A program made the translations under genes and the position numbers. The notes beneath the pieces were generated by a model. The model searched no databases and was not told where the DNA came from. It saw nothing but the letters and a program-made list of their open reading frames with translations. A DNA stretch of 64,000 nt from Eledone cirrhosa. Taxonomy: Eukaryota. Shown piece after piece: positions 55,519-64,000 of this stretch; position 1 is the first letter of the stretch, and the number at the start of each line of letters is the position of its first letter. The DNA is taken from the NCBI GenBank assembly GCA_964016885.1, contig OZ024740.1, positions 191,270,001 through 191,334,000 of the forward strand, in the 5' to 3' direction.

Positions 55519-55897
55519 TCATAAAACATGTCTATAGAATCATTAGATAAATATATATACCTTTTCCTCTGCCAACTAGCATAATTAACCATATAAAAAT
55601 CGATCAGACCATGGTAGAAGTAACTAAATATGTTCACTTTTCTCCTAGTTTATTTTACACCTAACACTGTTTGTTGACTGTATATCTGGGCGATATGTAC
55701 ATGCTGTCAAAATACTCGATAAATGCCCCATCGCAACCGGCACGAAGGGCTGCTTTCGGTTATTTGTCGGAGACTTCTTCATAGAAGCCTTTATTCTTAT
55801 AGCTTGGTCTGATCGATTTTTATATGGTTAATTATGCTAGTTGGGGGAGGAAATGGTATATATTTTATCTGGTGATTCTATAGACACGTTTTATGAT
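55519..55897. repeat. Foldback element: ~92-bp inverted repeats around a ~195-bp spacer
   Basis: 55519-55611 is the reverse complement of 55806-55897; flanked by (TA)n. Confidence 0.85.
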
Positions 55898-55914
55898 ATA
55901 TGTATATATATAAA

Positions 55915-56022
<108 letters not shown>

Positions 56023-56199
56023 TATATTTATAATTAAATATATATATATATGTGTGTTTGTGTGTGTGTTTGCGTGAGTATATGAATATATACATATGCA
56101 TATATCCATAGTCTCCTGCCATCACGTAAGTTTATATATGTTCTCTAAGGTGGCCATATGTTCTATTTCGGTGGAGTATTGATGAGCTTTTTCCCGTCT

Positions 56200-56282
<83 letters not shown>

Positions 56283-56380
56283 TATATATATATATATAGT
56301 AATAATAATAAAATTGAAGACTAAAATCCAAAGAAGCCTCGATAAGGAAAATATATATCAAATATATAAGAACCGAAGAG

Positions 56381-56445
<65 letters not shown>

Positions 56446-57043
56446 TTATATATATATATATGTATGTCTGTGTGTGTATGTGTGTGTGTTTGTATGTATG
56501 TGCTTGTGTATGTACGTAATTGTATATGCATGTCTGTATGATTGCCTGTGTGTTTGTGTGTGTCTAGCAAAGTGACATTCAATTTTCAATTACTCAATAC
56601 AGTACATCCTAAGATGATAAATGGTCAATGAGGTATTTCACATAGTAAGAAGTATATGATTGGAATTCGATCTACATAGAACAGATAAAATATTACAGTA
56701 ACATATGTCAAATACCAACAGAAAAGAAATTATACATATGTATTCTATGAGAAACGTGAAAAAAGCCGTGTGTAATCTATTTATATATTACTACCAACTT
56801 GAAGAAGTTAATTCAATATGATTGCTGCTCAAATAGGATAAAGGTAGTAACACACATATATTTAAAGAACATTTCAATAGCAGTTACCACACAAAGAAAA
56901 TGTCCTTAGAATTATTGCAAATTATTTGATCGAAACACCTCACTCTAAATTGCGATCACGCAAGATGAGTTCCCATTCTAAAAGAGATAATTACTGGCAG
57001 AAAACTTGACTAGCTAAGCTAATAAAACGAGATTCATTCCCTC

Positions 57044-57192
<149 letters not shown>

Positions 57193-57201
57193 ATGTATGT
57201 A

Positions 57202-57810
57202 TGTCAGGTCACCAGTTGGTGCTACTGGTAACATGTATCCCAGTACAACCTGTCTCATGGTCGGGTCGTTGGCGACTAAACTGGCAACCCCACCAAGATT
57301 TCCTGGTGAGGAGGGTGACTTTGGACATCCTGCAGGACTAAAAACAAAACCTGTCAAAGGGCAAAGGAGCTCTTAAGTGTCAATGGCCATCCAAAATCAA
57401 CGGGAGAGATGACCCCTTATCCTTTGTCAAGGCAGAATTCTAGGAGAAGGAAAACTCTGATATAACACCTGCAACTCTGATGGTATCCAATGCTGTTGAC
57501 TTGTTCTTCTTTTTGGTAAATATCATCTTGGTTAAGAGAGTGGGACTGGCTTTGTGCAGTGGTTTTACTCACTATAAAAGCGTCACGGCACAATCATTTT
57601 TTAATATCTGGAGATCTCTCTGCACTTGTCATCACATGGTATCATGGGCCCAGCACTATGTGTCAATATTTGTCACAAGTGTAGTGTTTGTACCAGAGTT
57701 TTCAAGTCGCTGGCTGGACTAAAAAGTCACACTCGTTCAGCGGATCGGTAGGAGTTCTCCTACATGGATATAAAGTAGTGGCCATACTCGAAAACGAGTT
57801 GGCAGCCACC
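57202..57810 (+). mobile_element. Internally deleted RTE-like element (structured 5' region + C2H2 3' end)
   Basis: CTAGGAGAAGGAAAACTCTGA motif recalled from RTE 5' regions; CSVCTRVFKSLAGLKSHTR zinc finger typical of RTE C-termini; (TA)n flanks. Confidence 0.55.
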
Positions 57811-57837
57811 ATATATATATATAAGTAACAGCCGTAC

Positions 57838-58495
57838 TTGCTGGACACTACGGTTCAATACGGGATGTTTGTTTACAAACAGACCGAGCATTATAATACA
57901 TGTTCAGTGAATCCATGCGTGCATATATATATATATGTGTGCATTTATGTATATATATATACGTACTACTGTACGTCTGTATGCATATATGTATGTACGT
58001 GTACATACTTATATTTAAGTAAAAGCCGTACTAAGAGTGGGAAATGAAATTTCGTTTCATTTTTTCCGTTTTTCGTTTTAGGTGCACCAGCCCGATTAAA
58101 CCACTCGATATGCAAATTGGGCTACTCAGCCGTTAATATGAATAAGTTAAGTATATACGTTCAACAATCTGGCAGGAAGGTACACGTTGCTGACGATAGC
58201 TAATAAGCTTGAAACTAGTACAGAGTTCCTTTGTCAGTGTTGAACAAACGAGCAACGATGGTTGCTGGTCACTACGGCTTAATACGGGATGTTTGTTTAC
58301 AAACACACCGAGCATTATAATAAATGTTCAGTGAATCCATGCGTACATATATATATGTGTGCATGTATGTATATATATATATATATATACATAATACTGT
58401 ACGTCTGTATACATATATGTATGTATGTGTACATACTTATATTTAAGTAACAGCCGTACTAATAGTGGGAAATGAAATTTTGTTTCATTCTTTCC

Positions 58496-58499
<4 letters not shown>
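57838..58499 (+). mobile_element. Retrozyme-like partial tandem repeat (period 424 bp) with a central HHR
   Basis: 57838-58070 is repeated at 58262-58499; the HHR lies in the intervening segment; no coding signal. Confidence 0.65.
58177..58231 (+). ncRNA. Type I minimal hammerhead ribozyme (HHR-3)
   Basis: AAGG-tacacg-TTG CTGACGA t AGC-taataa-GCT t GAAA CTAG TA CAG-agtt-CCTT; palindromic stem III ACTAGT; GUA site. Confidence 0.8.
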
Positions 58500-58550
<51 letters not shown>

Positions 58551-58592
58551 ATGATATTATATAAAGGAAACTAAATTTATAAAAACAATATT

Positions 58593-58652
58593 TATTATAT
58601 TATATATATTTCAAGTGTACCAGAATTTGGTACGCTTTCATCAGATATAATA
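58593..58652 (-). ncRNA. Type I minimal hammerhead ribozyme (HHR-4a)
   Basis: Minus strand: TATTATAT CTGATGA AAG-c-GTACCA-aattc-TGGTAC-a-CTT GAAA TATATA TA ATATAATA. Confidence 0.85.
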
Positions 58653-59814
58653 CAAAGTTTGTTTTATAAATGTTGACATAACCAAGAAAAAGATACCTTA
58701 ACGGTTCAAGTGTTCCTTTGATTGTGAAGGGATAAAAGAAGGAAAGTGAGATATTCAAATTATTAAAATGAGTATGCAAATGAGGCTGCGGTTTAGGGCT
58801 GAACAAACGTCATTTTAGATGCTATGCAGAATAGGATATGTGTATTTAGGAAGAAGTATTTAGGAAGAAGAAAAAGCAAAAAGAGCGTTAATTTAAAAGG
58901 AATTAACAATTCGGTGGAATGGTGGATTATTATTCCAAAATTTAAATTTATTTAGCTATATTATGAGTTATAATATTGTATATATCATCAATTAGATTAT
59001 ATGAAGAATTATGGTCGTAAGTATATTTTATCTTATTACATTATATAGGTTATAAGTATATAAATATCTATATAGATTAATAATTGTGCATGTATAATTA
59101 TTATAGAAATAGAAATACTTCACAATTATTAGTTGTTTACATTTCTAATATGTGCTACGAATGATGTTGGTTTTGAATTTTACATTTTAAAAACAGGTGG
59201 TTCAAGTTGTAAGAGGAGAACAATTTGTAGATTCGAATATTTTGTTCCAACATTGAAAATGTTTGCAGAATATTTTTAATTTAGCGAATTTATATAGTTT
59301 ATCGTACATATATTATATCATGTTTATGTTTGCACGATTGAAAAGGGAAATATAACTCCAACCATCTTCGTTAACCGTTAAATTGATGAATGATTTACTG
59401 AGAAAATATATAGAGAAAATTACATATTATTATGTTTGAGATTAATTATTTCAGTGTGAAAGTTTGTTTGAGATTAATTATTTTAGTGTGAAAGTTTTAA
59501 GGAAAAAAGTAATGTGCATTTCGAAGAAGTATGGTAAAGAGGAAAAATTTTCAGAAAGTCAATTAAAGATTATCAATATACATCTAAAAAAATATATTTT
59601 GAGGGGTATCATTAGGAAAATAATAATGTCAGTAGTAAAAAATATTAAAATATATATATATTTAAAAAAAGTAGAAATATTTAAAAAAATTAAGAAGTAA
59701 GATCATTTAAAAGAATTTAGATTTAGATTTAAAATGTTTACAAAAAATAGGATCATTTTGAAGGTGTATAAGATATAGTCAATAAATATCATAAATTAAA
59801 AATACTTTTGAAAG

Positions 59815-60220
59815 TGGAATTTTGGCGACATCTGCAAGAAGAAAATAATTTTGTTTTAAGATTAATAGAGTTTTGACAGTTAATTATATACAAAATGTCC
59901 TCGATACACTAGTTACCAAATTTTGAGAAAGCCATATTTCCGTATGCAGGTGCTTTCGAAATCGTTCACCAATATATTGAATAGTCTATATTGTTGTCTT
60001 TTAAGTTCCAAATTAAATGTGAAAGTGAAGTGGAAGATTTTTTATCGGATCTCTTAAATGTGTGTTTACGGTTATACCAGCATACTTTGAGTTTTGTAGA
60101 AGTGGCACCAATATAGTTAAATACTTTGTCTCTAGATTTAACTTTGCATTTATAAATTACGTTTTTGTCTAAGCAATTATTTTGTAAAGGGCAGTTTCAT
60201 TTAATTCTACAGTTACATTT
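59815..60220 (-). pseudogene. Penelope-like (Neptune-type) GIY-YIG endonuclease relic
   Basis: KCNCRIK*NCPLQNNCLDKNVIYKCKVKSRDKVFNYIGATSTKLKVCWYNRKHTFKRSDKKSSTSLSHLIWNLKDNNIDYSI: Cys-rich linker followed by VIY...YIG. Confidence 0.85.
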
Positions 60221-60509
60221 TCTGGAGTTGTTGTTGTTTGGAACGGTACTATTTTACTTCCTACAAACATATATCCTAATTAATTAAAATCTGCATAAAT
60301 ATATCCTAATTAATATATATCCTAATTAATTAAAATCTGCGTCTAAAATAACGTTTTTTCAGCCCTATACCTCAACCTTATTTGCATACTCATCTTAATA
60401 ATTTGAAATATCTGACTTTTCTTCTGTTATCTCTTCACTATCCAAGGAAAACTTGAACCGTTAAGGTATCTTTTTCTTGGTTATGTCAACATTTATAAAA
60501 CCCACTTTG

Positions 60510-60560
60510 TATTTTATCTGATGAAAGTTTTGGTACCCTTGAAATATATATAATAGAATA
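60510..60560 (+). ncRNA. Type I minimal hammerhead ribozyme (HHR-4b, stem II partly deleted)
   Basis: TATTTTAT CTGATGA AAG-ttttggtacc-CTT GAAA TATATA TA ATAGAATA. Confidence 0.75.
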
Positions 60561-60928
60561 AATATTGTTTTATAAATATATTTTTCATTTATTTAATATC
60601 ATTGAATATTATATTCCAGAAAAACAGTCGAGTGCTCTGAAACAGTTATAAACATTTATATTTATTGAATTACCAACAAATTGATTGTCCCTTTTGCTTA
60701 TATATATATAAATATATAAACATCTCAGATGGGAGGAAAACCACAAAACCTCCATCTCAATCCTACTTTTGAAAAGCAGAAGAACTCCGTAAACCGGTAA
60801 AGGAACCAAATAAATATAATTTTTTATAAAAAAAGACTCCTGTTGCATTTTCAATTTCATCTTTTTTCCCCATACTTACACTCGTGTAGGACACATCGTT
60901 TTTTTTTTCATTTGTAAAAAAACCTCAC

Positions 60929-60990
<62 letters not shown>

Positions 60991-61015
60991 AAATGTGTGT
61001 AATCCTTGGTACAGT

Positions 61016-61260
61016 TAGGTATATTAAGACAGGGGGGGGGGGGAGAAAAAGTGGCTTCACTTGTGCTTTCAACAAATTTATTTTCCTCAGAAAATCCCAA
61101 AATAATTTTTTTCCGGATTAGAACCAACAATTTAATTTATAAAATAATTTTTTTTAAGAAAAACATTTTTTCTAATCCAGAAAATAATTCTTTTTGGATT
61201 TTGTGAAGAAAATAAATTTGTTGAAAGCACAAGTGAAGCCATTTTTTCTTCTCCCCTGTC

Positions 61261-61268
<8 letters not shown>
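61016..61268. repeat. Foldback element: ~100-bp inverted repeats
   Basis: 61016-61122 vs 61170-61268 (ATATTAAGACAGGGG...TGGCTTCACTTGTGCTTTCAACAAATTTATTTTC and its reverse complement); between (TA)n arrays. Confidence 0.85.
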
Positions 61269-61350
<82 letters not shown>

Positions 61351-61365
61351 CGTATATATATATAC

Positions 61366-61443
<78 letters not shown>

Positions 61444-61730
61444 GTATATATGTATATATATATGTATATATGGTTGAAGGGAGTCTGGTCTGTAGTTTTT
61501 GGCCTCAACTCTGCTACCTGCTTTATGGATATGGTATATTGTGCCTTTTTTTAATCTCTTAGGGTAGATTACCGGTGGCCAAAGATCTTCTGTAGGGGAT
61601 CTTTAGTGGTCTTACTAAGGCACACCTATATGTTTTTAGGAGGAATGCAGGGAATCCATAAGGTCAAGCATTTGTATATATATATTTATATATTTATATT
61701 TTACACACACACGCACACATACACGTACAT

Positions 61731-61799
<69 letters not shown>

Positions 61800-61861
61800 C
61801 ATATATGTGTGTGTGTTTGTGTAAAATAAATCAAAGAACGCCTACATACTCATACACTTTT

Positions 61862-61918
61862 TTATTGCTGACAATGTTTCATCCATACCATGGGGCAGGA
61901 ATCATCAGAGCTTTATAA
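61862..61918 (-). ncRNA. Type I minimal hammerhead ribozyme (HHR-5)
   Basis: Minus strand: TTAT-aaa-GCT CTGATGA t TCC-TGCC-ccat-GGTA-t-GGA t GAAA CATTG TC AGC-a-ATAA; GUC site; internal loop in stem I. Confidence 0.8.
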
Positions 61919-62811
61919 ACACAAGTACAGGGCTGAGTATAAGCTCTACCAAGCTTAGTCACATGAACATTAGTAATATATTAGAGGGTAACAAGATGGA
62001 GATCGGAAATGGGGAGTACGGGGAGAATGCTTAGTGGGGTTGTTATTAAACGTTACAGCTACATACGAGGGTACAGGCAGCGTTTTTCACAAGAGGTGGA
62101 AGCACGTGAGGGCGCACATAAACAAATACAGCATATAACGATAGTTAAAACATATAATAATAAAGTAAAAGGAAAATAATAATAAAAAAAATTAAAGCAA
62201 ACAAAGCCAAAGGAAGCTATGCGTTGGTCACTATATATAACAGGTGATTTTGTTCTCCATAACTTGTTATGAAATTATAAGAGGCTAGAGTTATAGAAAT
62301 ACTCAGAGGCCCCTAAGGTACCTTCAGAAAGGTCAAAGGGGATATTCTTCCTCCCCATAGTTACATAATCAGCGTAGAGTAGTATATTACGGAATTACGT
62401 GGACCAGCGGTGCTAGACCTGTACATAGAAAGGCACGACAGAAATACAAGCCAAACACTAACAAAGCGGGTTTAAAGCATGATCAAACTGAATCAAAAAT
62501 GCTTACCAAAAATGGTTAAGTCACTGTACAAGTCACATCTGGCTAGGAGTCACAACATATGCATATCCACCGTAGAGGTTAGTCCAATCGGTTTCATATT
62601 CTCCGATTGGTGAGAAATTATAAAATAAGTAGATCGTCCGTAGATGGTAATTCGGTCTAGAGCTTACAGAATATGTAGATCATCCGTAAAGTGTAATCCA
62701 GTTGGATTCATACGCTCACCAAAACATATCAGCACATATAGTAACATGTGTTACATGCTGATGTTACACATAAAACCATCCTCACATGTATAAAATCCCA
62801 GACCGCGATGT

Positions 62812-64000
62812 GCTATATCACCAAGTTGCAGCTCCAGGTTCCGTATAACCAAATTCGTCGCAACTAATCCAGCCGCGAACACGTCAAAATAATGCCAGGG
62901 TAAATGCAGCAGTAATTCCCCGTTGACAAAACGCGCACTTCACGTGGATTAACAATCAATACAAAACAGAAAATAACACAAAGTGCTAAAATCAGGAAAT
63001 CCTCCAGGTACCACAGTATGTACATTAGGTGGGGTCATACCCATACAGGTATACAATAATCACATTTCACCTTTAGGTTAAATAGAGTTCCCTTTAACGT
63101 AGCACCTATATATTATACAATCGGTTTGAACCCGACCCTGTATGAACACTTCCCCATAATAGAATTAGTTAAGCTAACCTTGAGCTTATTGGCATATCCT
63201 AAGTTAACCGCGATTCAATAGTCTTTGGTATGACACAATTGACAATTCTAGAGGTCCAATAATAATAATTATATAGTTTTTGATTTGTACGAATCTTATT
63301 GAATTGGTATGATAACACTGTTGGTGATTACATTTTGTTGGCGTCAGTTCGAATTAAATAGCCTCATAGATGACACGTTAGAATAGTCCCCCTTTCTATA
63401 GATTTGAAATGTCATTGCTTGATGACTGAAGGGAGTAACACTCCGTATGTGCCTTCTGCGTCATGGATTGGTGTATATATACCATCGCAGTAAGAACTTA
63501 GTAGCGACTGTGTTTTTTTTTTTCGGAGCCGAGTTCCTCAATTATTGCGGAGTATGTGAGCTGTCGTATATGATTATTGTATTCCTGTATGGGTATAACC
63601 CCCACCTAATGGACATACTTTGGTACCTGGTGGATTTACTGATTTGAGCACTTTGTGTTATTTTCTGTTTTGTATTGATTGTTAATCCACGTGATGTGCG
63701 CGTTTGGTCAACGGTGAACTACTGCTGCATTTAACCTGGCATTATTTTAACGTGTAGAGGGTCGGGCGCCATACTTTTACGCATAGAGTTACGGCCCTTG
63801 CCATTCTGAGTTCAAATCCCGCCGAGGTTAATTTGCTTTTCATCCTTACAGGGTCGATAAAATATAGTACCAGTAATGCACTAAAATTTGTTGCTCTTGT
63901 GCCAACATTAGACAACATGTTTTGAACGTGTTCGCGGCTGGATTAGGTGTGACGAATTTGGTTACACGAAATCTAGAGCTGCAACCTGGACATATTATAT
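62812..64000. repeat. ~250-bp inverted repeat pair, right arm split by a SINE
   Basis: 62812-63065 is the reverse complement of 63570-63754 + 63925-63995. Confidence 0.85.
63755..63918 (+). mobile_element. 5'-truncated SINE inserted in the inverted repeat
   Basis: Family consensus; approximate TSD TTTT(G)AACGTGT. Confidence 0.88.

Larger units (their letters stand above)
58549..60604 (-). mobile_element. Truncated Penelope-like element with inverted pseudo-LTRs
   Basis: 58549-58858 and 60255-60604 are inverted repeats, each carrying an HHR; a GIY-YIG relic lies between them; the left end abuts (TA)n. Confidence 0.85.

Noticed and set aside
57285-57320. Twister ribozyme suggested by GAGGAGGGT
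   Set aside because: The conserved P4/L4 (CCGGUCCCAAGCCCGG-like) element is absent.
59433-59496. 32-bp tandem duplication inside the PLE 3' region
   Set aside because: Ordinary local slippage duplication.
63424-63465. CTGAAGG-GAGT-aac-ACTC hairpin as a hammerhead
   Set aside because: Core is mismatched and GAAA is absent; only a simple hairpin.

Overview
Eukaryotic (animal) non-coding DNA, very AT-rich and dense in (TA)n/(CA)n/(TAA)n microsatellites. The SINE family and repeat landscape suggest a coleoid cephalopod such as Octopus (inference). There is no intact host gene, only one plausible isolated 84-nt exon (31113-31196, +). The window is a transposon graveyard: about 14 tRNA-derived SINEs (several with clear TSDs), a mariner relic, a Chapaev3-like relic, RTE relics, and a 14.7-kb stack of five non-LTR retrotransposons (four R4/Dong-like RLE elements plus a near-full-length Tx1/L1-like element) associated with (TAA)n tracts. 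The most interesting signal is invisible in the ORF track. I can fold by eye at least seven type I hammerhead ribozyme motifs from about five different short repeat families, plus several decayed ones. Most have palindromic minimal stem III and several have an unusual U-U pair at the base of stem II. They lie in short elements that end at (TA)n arrays, often as inverted foldbacks. One pair flanks a decayed Penelope-like GIY-YIG endonuclease, and another sits in a ~424-bp ORF-less repeat unit that resembles a retrozyme. All family assignments come from motif recognition, not database searches.
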